Assembly: GCA_043808365.1 (NCBI GenBank) | Contig: JAZDEZ010000015.1 | Location: forward strand, 20,683-84,682 | Direction: 5' to 3' | DNA length: 64,000 nt | Source of the DNA: Patescibacteria group bacterium | Lineage (GTDB): Bacteria > Patescibacteriota > Patescibacteriia > UBA10025 > JAHIVO01 | In this document: piece after piece, positions 9,247-18,455 of the stretch | Layout: each line of letters begins with the position of its first letter | How positions within the stretch are numbered: position 1 is the stretch's first letter | Made by a program: the position numbers and the translations under genes | Notes under the pieces: generated by a model | Told to the model about the DNA's origin: nothing | The model's input: the letters and a program-made list of their open reading frames with translations, nothing else | The model's database searches: none

Positions 9247-10395
9247 ATGATCGACAGTCTTTCCCATTTGAGCCAAAGCGACAGTTATTATGCGCGTGAC
9301 CCACTGACATTGCGTCAATCGCTATTGTCCCGGCGCGACATGAAAATTATCTGTCGCGACAGCCGCCGCCGACACACGCCGAGCGAAACGGACGATACCC
9401 AAGACCATTATGAATGGTGTCGCTACTGTTCAGATGGCACACACCGACATTCCCATCTGACAAATAGGGTGATCGATGAAATATCGATAGACGGACAGCC
9501 GGTGATAGCAGTGACCAAGAAAGACCTGGACGTGACCATTATGGGCCCTGTCATTAAACAGGGCGACGGTAACTTCGGCCTACAGACGAACATTGGTGTT
9601 GATGAAACAGTCGCTATCGGCTCTAGGCATTCCCTACGGATGACGGAGCTGCCGGTGAAATTATTCGCCGCAAGCCTGACCATGTGCTTTAGGCGAATCA
9701 GCGACCTGAACGGCGATTCCCGGTTGGCCAACATCATTATGTGGTCGGAGGTGAACAACCTTGCGCAGGAATTTGGTTTTGTTCATCCGCACTGGCATAT
9801 TGCCGGACACACTGAAGAATTCCCCCGCCCCGGTGAGGAGATGGAGATGTGCTACCACCATTACTACACAATGAGGCATCTCCGCTGTTTGATGTGTGAC
9901 ATTTTAACGGATGAGCTGAGGCTTGAACAGCTAATAGTCGGATTGACGCCGCATTTCGTTGCCTTTATCCCTCGTGCCGCCCGGCATCCATTTGAAACAT
10001 GGGTAGTGCCTAGGCAGCACTCATCAACATTTGAATCCATCTGCGCCAGCCAACCAGACATCAGCCAATTCAATATTGAATTGGCTGGACTACTTAAGGA
10101 TCTTCTAAAGAAAATGGAAAAATTCCTGGGGCCCCGCTGTCCGATCGAGTTGTTACTGTACAATGCGCCACATAACTACCATATCGGCTTTCCGTCTGCC
10201 AGCAGTACGCTGCACGCGGAAGAAATCGATCCGTGCTTCCATACCAGATTCCGTGTCAGACCGATCTTTGCCCAACGCTCCATGCGTTCTAGCGCCACCG
10301 GTATCGCCTTCAACCGCCTCCTCCCTTCCGAATCAGCCCGACTGCTGAATATGCCGGACGATAAAATTGATCAATGGGTCATAAGCACCGATTGA
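9247..10395 (+). CDS. HIT-superfamily, GalT-like two-repeat nucleotidyltransferase/phosphorylase with an N-terminal CxxC.
   Basis: HPHWHIA (H-phi-H-phi-H-phi-phi HIT motif) in the first half. The second half-repeat is HPFETWVVPRQH. EWCRYCSDGTHRHSH is a Zn-site-like element. Start taken at the SD-preceded ATG 9247; the ORF is listed from 9214. Confidence 0.45.
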   Translation: MIDSLSHLSQSDSYYARDPLTLRQSLLSRRDMKIICRDSRRRHTPSETDDTQDHYEWCRYCSDGTHRHSHLTNRVIDEISIDGQPVIAVTKKDLDVTIMGPVIKQGDGNFGLQTNIGVDETVAIGSRHSLRMTELPVKLFAASLTMCFRRISDLNGDSRLANIIMWSEVNNLAQEFGFVHPHWHIAGHTEEFPRPGEEMEMCYHHYYTMRHLRCLMCDILTDELRLEQLIVGLTPHFVAFIPRAARHPFETWVVPRQHSSTFESICASQPDISQFNIELAGLLKDLLKKMEKFLGPRCPIELLLYNAPHNYHIGFPSASSTLHAEEIDPCFHTRFRVRPIFAQRSMRSSATGIAFNRLLPSESARLLNMPDDKIDQWVISTD

Positions 10396-10466
10396 AAATA
10401 GCTCCCAAGCATCAACTACAAACCCAGCCCACTCAGACCAAGAGTGGGCTGTTTTTTTGTAAACAA

Positions 10467-11027
10467 TTATGCCTTCCCTACGTATTCGCCAGTTTCCGTA
10501 TTCACCACCACCATCTCGTCCTGCTTGATAAACAACGGGACGCTGATTTCCAATCCGGTTTCCACCGTAGCCGGTTTCATCACCGCTCCTTGGGCAGTAT
10601 CGCCGCGCACGCCCGGGGCGGTCATCGTCACTTTCAGCGTAATTTTCTTAGGCAGTTCAATCGTTATCGGAGAATCGTTAAAATTCAACACCTCCACCTC
10701 GGTATTTTCTTTAAGGTAGCCCTTCTTGTCCCCCAGCTGGGCTTCCGTCACGAAAAACTGGTCATACGTGGCCGCATCCATGAAGAAAAATTGCCCGCCA
10801 TCGCGGTACAGGTAATTCGCCTTTGACTTGCGGATGTCGGCTTCTTCCAATTTCTCCTGGCCCTTGAATGTCTCCTCCAGGACCTTGCCGGTCTTCAGGT
10901 TTTTCAGCGTCGTCCGCATGATCCCTTTGGACTGGGCCATTTTAATGAAGCTGTGCTTCAGTACTACGAATGGGTCGCCCTGGTAAACCAAATAGGCGCC
11001 AGCGCGTAAATCGTTGATGGATAGCAT
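10467..11027 (-). CDS. efp: Elongation factor P.
   Basis: 186 aa. The MLSINDLRAG...VLKHSFIKMAQSKG...KTGKV pattern, including the conserved K in the loop region. Confidence 0.85.
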   Translation of the reverse strand: MLSINDLRAGAYLVYQGDPFVVLKHSFIKMAQSKGIMRTTLKNLKTGKVLEETFKGQEKLEEADIRKSKANYLYRDGGQFFFMDAATYDQFFVTEAQLGDKKGYLKENTEVEVLNFNDSPITIELPKKITLKVTMTAPGVRGDTAQGAVMKPATVETGLEISVPLFIKQDEMVVVNTETGEYVGKA

Positions 11028-11030
11028 AGC

Positions 11031-11279
11031 TTACCGTGTCGTATATGGGATTAAAGCCATAAACCGCGCGCGCTTGACCGCCTGAGCCAGCATGCGCTGG
11101 TGCTTGGAACAGATCCCGGTTTTCTTTCGGGGCAAGATTTTTGCGTATGAGGAAAGGTATTTCTGCATGACCCTTACCTCTCGGTACTCCAGGTCATCAA
11201 TGCCGTTCGTACAGAAATGGCACGCTTTATTTACGATGACCCGCGGGGCGTTATTCTTGTTTGTTCTCATCATTGACAT
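11031..11279 (-). CDS. rpsR: 30S ribosomal protein S18.
   Basis: CHFC...IDDLEYREVRVMQKYLS...KKTGICSKHQRMLAQAVKRARFMALIPY. Confidence 0.85.
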   Translation of the reverse strand: MSMMRTNKNNAPRVIVNKACHFCTNGIDDLEYREVRVMQKYLSSYAKILPRKKTGICSKHQRMLAQAVKRARFMALIPYTTR

Positions 11280-11292
11280 GGGTGTTCACGTA

Positions 11293-11721
11293 TTAAAATG
11301 GGATATCCTCGACGTTGATTTCCGGCTCGCTGGACGGCGGCGCCGGCTGTGCCGCCTCATCAGACGACGATGGCGCCGGTCCGCTCGATTGGCCGGCCCG
11401 GTCAAGCATGATTACGTTTTCAGCGACAATTTCGGTGCGATACCGCTTCTGGCCCGACTGGTCGTCCCAAGAACGGGTCTTGATGCGTCCTTCGATATAA
11501 ATCTTGCTGCCCTTTTTGACGTATTGGCCGACGATGTCCGCCAATTTCCTCCATACTACGACATTATGGAATTCCACTTCTTCTTTCTTTTGGCCGGACT
11601 GGTCTGTCCAGCGCCGGTTAGTGGCGACGCCGATAGTGGCGACGTTCTGGCCGTTTGGCGTGGTCCGTACCTCAGGGTCGCGCGTCACGTTGCCGATAAG
11701 CATTACTTTATTGAGATTCAT
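11293..11721 (-). CDS. ssb: Single-stranded DNA-binding protein.
   Basis: OB-fold core MNLNKVMLIGNVTRDPEVR...WHNVVVW, a Gly/Pro/Ser-rich linker, and the acidic C-terminal tail ...DIPF. Confidence 0.85.
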   Translation of the reverse strand: MNLNKVMLIGNVTRDPEVRTTPNGQNVATIGVATNRRWTDQSGQKKEEVEFHNVVVWRKLADIVGQYVKKGSKIYIEGRIKTRSWDDQSGQKRYRTEIVAENVIMLDRAGQSSGPAPSSSDEAAQPAPPSSEPEINVEDIPF

Positions 11722-11817
11722 AAGTATTGTATTAGATGGCTATAGAGGGCGATAGAAGGTCAGAAGGCGTCCTTGCTGCGCCCTCTTTACCTCTTGAGCC
11801 TTCTCAAGCCTTATTGG

Positions 11818-12312
11818 TTAAATCTCTTCTTTAAGGATATCGTCCAGTTTCTTATCCAGATCTTCCAGGCTGATTTTCTTGCCCTGGTCCTTTGCTTTTG
11901 GTTTTACTGGCTCTTCGACTGGGGCTTTTGCGGCGGCGGCAATTTTCTCTTCTGACCGCTCGCGCGCCATGCGTTGTTCGACTTTTTCCTGGATCATCCG
12001 CTCTTCGGCGATTTGGGCCTCGGTCTTGATCGGCTTTTTGATAATCAAGTGCCTGACCACATCGGACATCAAACGGAACTGACGGTCGATTTCCTTCACT
12101 TGCGGCTGTTCCATGTCAAATTCCACGCAAACGTACGTACCGTTCGTTTCGTGCTTGATCTCAAACGCCAATTTATGCTTGCCCAGTGACTCATGGCGGG
12201 TGACCCGGCCCTGGCATTTGGTGATAAGATCGAGGGTTTGTTTTTCGGCTGCCTCCTGGCCGGCTTGGTCGAGCTTCGAGCTCATGATGACCAATAGCTC
12301 ATAGTGCTGCAT
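11818..12312 (-). CDS. rpsF: 30S ribosomal protein S6, with a long charged C-terminal extension.
   Basis: MQHYELLVIMSSKLDQ...VTRHESLGKHKLAFEIK, then a K/E-rich tail. It sits in the conserved rpsF-ssb-rpsR order. Confidence 0.8.
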   Translation of the reverse strand: MQHYELLVIMSSKLDQAGQEAAEKQTLDLITKCQGRVTRHESLGKHKLAFEIKHETNGTYVCVEFDMEQPQVKEIDRQFRLMSDVVRHLIIKKPIKTEAQIAEERMIQEKVEQRMARERSEEKIAAAAKAPVEEPVKPKAKDQGKKISLEDLDKKLDDILKEEI

Positions 12313-12494
12313 GTAGGTTTCTCCTTTGCCCTGCCTGGCTGCTGTAGCGACCGGGGGCTGGCGCTACGTGGATAAAAAAACAGCCAAAACAAAGCTTAAT
12401 TAATTTGTCCTATAGAGTTTAACATAGCCCCTTCAGGCTGGCAAGGGTATCTACCCGATAAGCCGACATTGGATATATCTGATATAATGGATAC

Positions 12495-13742
12495 ATGGCC
12501 AAACTATACGCTTTTATCCTCGGTAAAAACCCCATCCTTTCAGTGGCGGAGATCTTTTGTCGGGCGAAAATTGAGGGCGTAACCTTCTCAATCGCCGAAT
12601 TGACCAGCCAAGCGCTGATCGTCAGCGCCAGCCAGCCGATTGGCGCCGCGGCCTGGCAAGAATCTCTGGGGGGATGCATTAAAATCGGGGAAATATTCAA
12701 AACATACGATAGCCTCAAGCAGTTCTTGGCCGACATCTCTTCAGATTACCTGATAGCCGAGATATTCCCCGCTCACGAGAAAAAAATAATTTTCGGATTC
12801 AGCCTCTACGGCGATCCGGTTATCCGCGAGCAGAAAAAATTCCTGACGGCCGGCCTCACTATAAAAAAGGCGCTCAAAGAATCCGGACGGAGCGTCCGCC
12901 TGCTCACCGGCAAAGAGCCGGCCCTGTCCAGCGTCCAAGTAGACAAGAATAATCTCCTGTCAAGAGGCGCGGATTGCCTGGTGATAGGCAGCTTGAATAA
13001 AATTTATTTTGGTAAAACCGTGACCATGCAGGATTATGAGGATTATTCAGCGCGTGACTATGGCCGGCCTCAGCGAGACGCCCGGGCCGGGATGCTCCCT
13101 CCAAAACTGGCAAAAATCATGATCAACTTGGCCGTCATAACCCACGACCAATATATCCTCGACCCGTTTTGCGGCTCCGGCACCATCCTGCAGGAAGCTC
13201 TCACCCTCGGCTATCACCGCGTTGCCGGCAGCGATATCAGCTCAAAAGCGGTTACGGATACAAAGCAAAATCTCGACTGGCTCGCTTCCGAGCGTCAATT
13301 GCCAAAAACCGATATCGTCCTGGACCAGGCTGACGTCCGGAAACTCGACAGCACGATCACGGCAGGATCAGTCGACGCGATTATTACCGAGCCATTCCTC
13401 GGCCCGCCGCTGACGCCCCATACGCCAATCATCAATATCCTGGCGATCATCCAGGAGCTGGAATCGTTGTACCTGGACGCTTTTAAAACATTTTCAAAAA
13501 TCCTGAAGTCGGGCGGGAAGGTCGTCATCGTATTCCCGCTCATCAAGACTCCCCATGGCATTTTCTGTCTGCGCATCCTGGAGCAGCTGACCACTCTCGG
13601 CTTCCGCCGGCTTAACCCGATCCCCGAAGACATTTCCCTGTTCGCTAAAATCGGCCCAACCGCCCGCGGCTCCATCCTCTACCACCGCGAGGGGCAGATG
13701 GTGGAGCGTGAAATATTCATATTTCAATTGAACAAATCCTGA
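12495..13742 (+). CDS. THUMP-like domain + class I SAM-dependent RNA (guanine-N2-type) methyltransferase, Trm11/TrmN/RlmL-like.
   Basis: MLPPKLAKIMINLA, motif I DPFCGSGTILQEA, and an ITEPFLGPP catalytic box. The N-terminal ~190 aa form a ferredoxin-like/THUMP-like domain. Confidence 0.6.
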   Translation: MAKLYAFILGKNPILSVAEIFCRAKIEGVTFSIAELTSQALIVSASQPIGAAAWQESLGGCIKIGEIFKTYDSLKQFLADISSDYLIAEIFPAHEKKIIFGFSLYGDPVIREQKKFLTAGLTIKKALKESGRSVRLLTGKEPALSSVQVDKNNLLSRGADCLVIGSLNKIYFGKTVTMQDYEDYSARDYGRPQRDARAGMLPPKLAKIMINLAVITHDQYILDPFCGSGTILQEALTLGYHRVAGSDISSKAVTDTKQNLDWLASERQLPKTDIVLDQADVRKLDSTITAGSVDAIITEPFLGPPLTPHTPIINILAIIQELESLYLDAFKTFSKILKSGGKVVIVFPLIKTPHGIFCLRILEQLTTLGFRRLNPIPEDISLFAKIGPTARGSILYHREGQMVEREIFIFQLNKS

Positions 13743-13770
13743 AATATCCTTGCTGTTAGCGCGGCAAAAA

Positions 13771-13799
13771 AGACGCTGGGGATCGTGCCCGCAGCGTCT
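13771..13799 (-). terminator. Hairpin plus T-run on the minus strand, possibly ending a ychF 3'UTR or sRNA.
   Basis: AGACGCTG...CAGCGTCT 8-bp stem. Read on the minus strand it is followed by TTTTTT. Confidence 0.3.
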
Positions 13800-14258
13800 A
13801 ATTGTAATAAAGAGAAAATCACTTTACGAAGGTACCACCTCCAATCTTTACCGTATTTGGCAGGGAATTTTACCGCCCGTCCAAGGTATGTAGCAAATAC
13901 TACTTGGATCACCTCCTTTCCAGCATGATATGCATAGTACTGCTGCTACCGATAATGTGTCTGCGGACCATAATACCCAGTACCTCCTTTCTGCCAGGCG
14001 TGAGGTTGCCGATTATACCATACCGCCCTGACTTTCATCAGGAGGATCATTTTCCATCGCGATAACAAATGGTTATTGCGCCTGTCACCGGATTTATGAC
14101 TGATAGTAACCTCCTTATGTTGGGAAGGTTCGACGATATCTCTTTGTTTCTATCTGTCTTCATTATAGTACTATTGTAAACAAAGAATAGCCGTGTCAAG
14201 GGTTAATGGCGCGGTATTCGAAATGAAAAAAAGAAAATTTCGCTAACTGCTGTGAAAA

Positions 14259-15305
14259 TTAAATCCTGAAATACATCGTATCCCCGTCCTGGACAATATA
14301 TTCCCTGCCCTCTGTCCGTGTTTTCCCCGCTTCACGGGCGCCCACCTCGCCTTTGCAGGCGACCAGATCCTGCCATGGCGTAACCTCAGCCCTGATGAAT
14401 TTCTGCTCAAAATCCGTGTGGATGGCCGCTCCGGCCTGTGGCGCAATAGAGCCCCTTGGCACGGTCCAGGCGCGGGTTTCATCCGGACCGGTGGTCAAAA
14501 AAGTGATTAGATCCAGCGCTTTATAAGCGGCGGTAATCAGGCGGTCCAGACCGGTTTTCCCCAATCCCAAACTATGCAAATACTCCCTAGCGTCTGCGGC
14601 TGGCATCTCGGCCAGCTCTGACTCAACTTTGGCGCTGATGACCACGTAGCCCGGCACATCTTTCGCCGCTTCAGATTCATCGACGTTCAACACGCGCAGC
14701 ATCGGCTTGATGGTCAATAAATTCAAATCGCGAATGGACAGCTTTTCATCGCTGGACAGATCAGCTTCAGATAATAATTTTCCCTCATCCAAAACCTGCT
14801 TCACCTTTTGATATACAGCCAGCATTTTCACGGCTGACTTGTCCCCGCTTTTTGCCTTAGGCCCTGTGTCCGACAAACGCTTGTCCACGGTAGATAAGTC
14901 GGCATAGATCAACTCCAACTTGATCGTTTCCTCGTCTGACTGGGGGTCAACTTTATTTGCCACATGGATGACGTTCGGGTCGGAAAATTTCCGCACCACC
15001 TGGCAGATGGCATCGACAGTCCGGATGTGCGATAAAAACTTATTCCCCAGCCCCTCGCCTTTATGCGCGCCGGCGACCAGGCCGGCAATGTCCACGAACT
15101 CCACGACAGTCGGAATGATTTTTTCGGAATTATAAATCGCCGCCAATTTATCCAAACGCTCGTCAGGCACGGCAACGGTACCGATGTTCGGGTCAATGGT
15201 GCAAAACGGGTAGTTTGAGGCGTCGACCTGTTTCTTGGTCAGCGCTTTAAATAAGGTCGACTTGCCGACGTTGGGCAGTCCGACGATGCCGATGGAAAAA
15301 CTCAT
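14259..15305 (-). CDS. ychF: Ribosome-binding ATPase YchF (Obg-family GTPase).
   Basis: G1 motif GIVGLPNVGKSTLF, NYPFCTIDPN, DIAGLV, and a C-terminal TGS domain (GDTMYFRI). Confidence 0.85.
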   Translation of the reverse strand: MSFSIGIVGLPNVGKSTLFKALTKKQVDASNYPFCTIDPNIGTVAVPDERLDKLAAIYNSEKIIPTVVEFVDIAGLVAGAHKGEGLGNKFLSHIRTVDAICQVVRKFSDPNVIHVANKVDPQSDEETIKLELIYADLSTVDKRLSDTGPKAKSGDKSAVKMLAVYQKVKQVLDEGKLLSEADLSSDEKLSIRDLNLLTIKPMLRVLNVDESEAAKDVPGYVVISAKVESELAEMPAADAREYLHSLGLGKTGLDRLITAAYKALDLITFLTTGPDETRAWTVPRGSIAPQAGAAIHTDFEQKFIRAEVTPWQDLVACKGEVGAREAGKTRTEGREYIVQDGDTMYFRI

Positions 15306-15343
15306 ATGAAGTATTGTACCAGCTTATGGGAATTTATTAAAGA

Positions 15344-15371
15344 TTGACAAGTCAGCTTGCTTTGATACCAT
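15344..15371 (+). promoter_or_regulatory. Sigma70-like promoter for the candidate sRNA.
   Basis: TTGACA, 16-nt spacer, TACCAT. Confidence 0.3.
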
Positions 15372-15377
15372 AAAGCA

Positions 15378-15598
15378 ATCCGGATCGCGACTGGCCAAAT
15401 CGATCCTACGTGCCCGTGAGCACAAGGACTCGGCTGCCGTGAGGAGTGCCCGCGAATATATAGCCTGCTGCGCTGTAGTGTATGGGAATAAGCGCCTGCG
15501 AAGTTGGTAAGTTGAGTAACGGGATTCTAAATCCCTGTACAAGAAACGCGCATCGTAGCCTGGGCAAAAAGGCTGTATACCTCACGGCCTTTTTTTTA
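15378..15598 (+). ncRNA. Candidate small RNA (~220 nt) of unknown class.
   Basis: Promoter-like element upstream. Internal hairpins (CGTGAGCAC palindrome, GGGATTCTAAATCCC). It ends in a GC stem followed by T8 at 15591-15598. The downstream gene has a separate promoter (TTGACA-17-TATTAT at 15618). Confidence 0.3.
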
Positions 15599-15763
15599 TT
15601 GCTTTTAACTGCACCCATTGACAACCGCCAGTATTCATGCTATTATTCCCCATTCCACTGCTCGTTGACAATTAATGCTTGTACGAGCGCAACCAAAAAA
15701 ACCCATTTTTCACTGACTGCGCAGGTCATTAAAATCCTGAGTGCAGAGTGAAAGGAGGAAACC

Positions 15764-16375
15764 ATGAATGTGATGATCATCCCGGTCACGCCTAACAAGC
15801 GCTGGTATCTTGAGCGTAGAGATGGCCTGATAGAATTAGGCACGCATTGGCCACTTCAAGAGACCTCAAATTTCGGCGGATACGTTAACGGCGAACCTTG
15901 CACTGGTCCTTTCTACCTCATTTTCAATGGGCCAGGAGATTCCAGCGAGATCAGGCTTCACTGTGAGAAATGCAATCTTCACCTTCAAGAAAAAACGCAT
16001 AAAAATCGCTTCGGCGCATTGGATGTCAAAGAACTCAAGCTCGCTCTGGCCAGGCTTATGTTCGTTTGTGCCCGACATGGCAACAAAATCAATCCGCCGA
16101 TCCAATTTCCCTGCCTCAGCCTGGGCGACAGAAGAAACCACATGCATGCCGATATCCCCTTGCTCGACACTGGTTTTTCCACCCCTGACGAGCAACCGAT
16201 CCACCTCGGATTATTCCTGCCGCGCCGAACCGGCTACTGGGATCCCAAAAAAGGCAAATGGGTCCCGGAAGAAACCTACGATAACTTGGCCGAATCAACA
16301 GCCCTCCTCATCGCTGAGCTGCTCAACAACAGCCGTTCCTTAGAACTTGCCAACAAACGTACGATCGGACGATAA
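15764..16375 (+). CDS. Hypothetical protein with a C-x2-C-x3-H-x5-H zinc-finger-like motif.
   Basis: 203 aa. Strong SD (AAAGGAGGAAACC-ATG). Motif LHCEKCNLHLQEKTH. No family was recognised. Confidence 0.5.
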   Translation: MNVMIIPVTPNKRWYLERRDGLIELGTHWPLQETSNFGGYVNGEPCTGPFYLIFNGPGDSSEIRLHCEKCNLHLQEKTHKNRFGALDVKELKLALARLMFVCARHGNKINPPIQFPCLSLGDRRNHMHADIPLLDTGFSTPDEQPIHLGLFLPRRTGYWDPKKGKWVPEETYDNLAESTALLIAELLNNSRSLELANKRTIGR

Positions 16376-16404
16376 CGCTACCAACGAACGTACGCACATA
16401 TGCA

Positions 16405-16440
16405 CCCCTCGCCCTATCCATGGACGAGGGGATTTTTATT
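16405..16440 (+). terminator. Rho-independent terminator.
   Basis: CCCCTCG...CGAGGGG 7-bp stem followed by ATTTTTATT. Confidence 0.5.
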
Positions 16441-16572
16441 ACATCTGGAAATTTTCGGGCTGAAACGGAGTCAGCGGGAAATTCCCGTATTAACACATTC
16501 TAACATTCTTAAGAATGTTCAAATTTAAATTTACCTCCGAAGATTCGCGCGAACGATTCCATATGGATAGCC

Positions 16573-16802
16573 GCGCACCCAGGGACGGGTGCGCTTGGCA
16601 GAAACAAAAAATCCTATCTCACACTTCTCGCTTCCCGCTTCCCGACTCGCATCCCACATCTGAAACTCACCTCCAACCTCCAACTTCCTATCTAATATCT
16701 CCCCCTACGGGGGATCTCCCGAAGGGAGATAATAACTTACACCCAACAACCAATCTCCTCGCTAACCACTAATTACTAGTGGCTAACAACTAGCGACTAA
16801 CA
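16573..16802 (+). repeat. Copy A of a ~190-230-nt pyrimidine-rich intergenic element: a 5' GC hairpin, CCUCC-containing repeats, and a stop-codon-rich tail.
   Basis: GCGCACCCAGGGACGGGTGCGC hairpin, then ATCCTATCTCACAC...CACCTCCAACCTCCAACTTCC...ACTAATTACTAGTGGCTAACAACTAGC. It aligns with the copy at 28520-28688. Confidence 0.5.
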
Positions 16803-16817
16803 TGCTATACTTACCCC

Positions 16818-17534
16818 ATGCAACCACGTTTTTACCTGCCAACGGTCAGCATTGAAAACGAAACGCTCGTCATATCTGACCGTGATATCATCCGGCAAAT
16901 AACGAATATCTTACGGCTGAAAAAGGACGACGTCTTTTTCGTTTTTACTCCTCAAACTGAATACGAGCTGGCCCTAAAAGCAGTCTCTAATTCAATAGTG
17001 GAAGCGACTGTCATCGAACAGCGTCAGGCTGAACGGGAACCGGCTAAAAAACTCATCTTGTACCAGTCTTTGCTGAAAAAAGACAAGTTCGAGTGGATTC
17101 TGCAAAAAGGCGTGGAGCTCGGCATCCATGCCTTCGTGCCGGTCGTCAGCGACAACAGCATCGCCCGCGACATTTCTGACAACAAGCTGGTACGCTACCA
17201 TAAAATCATAACTGAAGCGACCGAACAATGCGGCGGCGTGCATATCGCTCCATTGGATCCCCTGATGAAGTTTTCCGATGCCGTTCTGCGTGTCGCGCAA
17301 CAGACCGGCCAAAAGCTCATTGCCTGGGAAGGACAGACGAAAAATTTGCTTCCAAAAGTCCTCGACGCCTCTGCTAAGGTTTTCCACCTGTTTATCGGGC
17401 CGGAAGGCGGTTATTCTCCGGCAGAAATAGAGTTTGCCGAACAAAATGGGCTAACCACGGTCAATCTGGGCAAGCGCATTCTCCGGGCAGAAACCGCTTC
17501 GATTGCCGCGGCCGCGCTTATTCTTCTGAATTAG
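16818..17534 (+). CDS. rsmE: 16S rRNA (uracil1498-N3)-methyltransferase RsmE (SPOUT family).
   Basis: 238 aa. The C-terminal SPOUT knot motifs are present: HLFIGPEGGYSPAEIEF...LGKRILRAETAS. Confidence 0.75.
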   Translation: MQPRFYLPTVSIENETLVISDRDIIRQITNILRLKKDDVFFVFTPQTEYELALKAVSNSIVEATVIEQRQAEREPAKKLILYQSLLKKDKFEWILQKGVELGIHAFVPVVSDNSIARDISDNKLVRYHKIITEATEQCGGVHIAPLDPLMKFSDAVLRVAQQTGQKLIAWEGQTKNLLPKVLDASAKVFHLFIGPEGGYSPAEIEFAEQNGLTTVNLGKRILRAETASIAAAALILLN

Positions 17535-17582
17535 CCGGCAATATGGTATACTATATTCGGATTTTTATTAATAAAAAATAAT

Positions 17583-18398
17583 ATGTTTGAAAACGTTTCT
17601 CGTCCGCAAAACCAACCGCCCCAAGCTCCAGAGCAACCGAAAAATTGGGGTCCCTGGAAGCCAGTAGACCCGACCAGAAGGCCGGCTGTCCCGCCTAGAC
17701 GCGAGGCTGGCCCGATGCCGCCGCCGCCCATGGGCTCGGAACCGGTTGTCCCGCCGCCCCAAAATCCACTGGTGAATCTGCCGAGCCACCTCAACGTCCC
17801 CGGTGCCGGCACGCCCGAACCGCCGCGTCATGGCCGGAGCAAGATGATCATGATCGGCCTGATGATTTTCGCCGTCATTATTGTCCTGATTGCCGCGGCT
17901 ATTTTCCTGTTCAGCAAATATAGCAATAAGAACGCCAATACTAACGATAATACGAATGCTGTTAGTAATGAAAATGCAAACATTGCCCTCAACACTAACC
18001 TGAATTCCAATCTGAATGCTAACAGAAACTTGAATAGCCTCTTTAACACAAACGCGGCAAACGCCAATGCCGCGTCTAACCTTAATTCACTTTTCAACGT
18101 GAACACGTCGGGCAACGCGAATGTAAATGCTAACGTGAATACAAACGTGAATTCCGTCGGTAATATAAATGGCAACGGGAACACAAACACCACCAACCTA
18201 AATAACACTAACATTGCCGCCTGCAATGTGAATGGACAGCCGGACAGCGACTGCGACGCGCTCAGTGATGTCCAAGAAGAAATCTACGGCACAGACCGCA
18301 GGAATCCTGACACTGACGGCGACGGGTACTTAGACGGCGCTGAAGTGAAGAGCGGCTTTAACCCGAATGTTGGTGGTGGCGCCAAGCTCAATCCATAA
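17583..18398 (+). CDS. Hypothetical membrane protein with a Pro-rich N-terminus, one TM segment, a long Asn-rich low-complexity region, and a C-terminal Ca-binding-like (TSP3-type) motif.
   Basis: MIMIGLMIFAVIIVLIAAAIFLF is the TM segment. ~150 aa are of the N-x-N composition. The C-terminal motif is DTDGDGYLDGAEV. Confidence 0.5.
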   Translation: MFENVSRPQNQPPQAPEQPKNWGPWKPVDPTRRPAVPPRREAGPMPPPPMGSEPVVPPPQNPLVNLPSHLNVPGAGTPEPPRHGRSKMIMIGLMIFAVIIVLIAAAIFLFSKYSNKNANTNDNTNAVSNENANIALNTNLNSNLNANRNLNSLFNTNAANANAASNLNSLFNVNTSGNANVNANVNTNVNSVGNINGNGNTNTTNLNNTNIAACNVNGQPDSDCDALSDVQEEIYGTDRRNPDTDGDGYLDGAEVKSGFNPNVGGGAKLNP

Positions 18399-18426
18399 CC
18401 AAAACCTAAAAAAAACCATAAAAAAA

Positions 18427-18455
18427 CTCCGTCACCCGACGGGGTTTTTTATTTT
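18427..18455. terminator. Bidirectional rho-independent terminator between two convergent genes.
   Basis: CCGTC-ACCC-GACGG stem, flanked by A7 upstream and T6ATTTT downstream. Confidence 0.55.

Noticed and set aside
13724-13912. 62-aa minus-strand ORF downstream of the methyltransferase gene.
   Set aside because: It contains a terminator-like hairpin and T-run inside it. It has no RBS and is low complexity. It is more likely a 3'UTR.
15506-15530. tRNA-like T-arm GGGATTCTAAATCCC.
   Set aside because: The 5-nt loop is too short, and no acceptor or anticodon arms can be formed from the flanking sequence.
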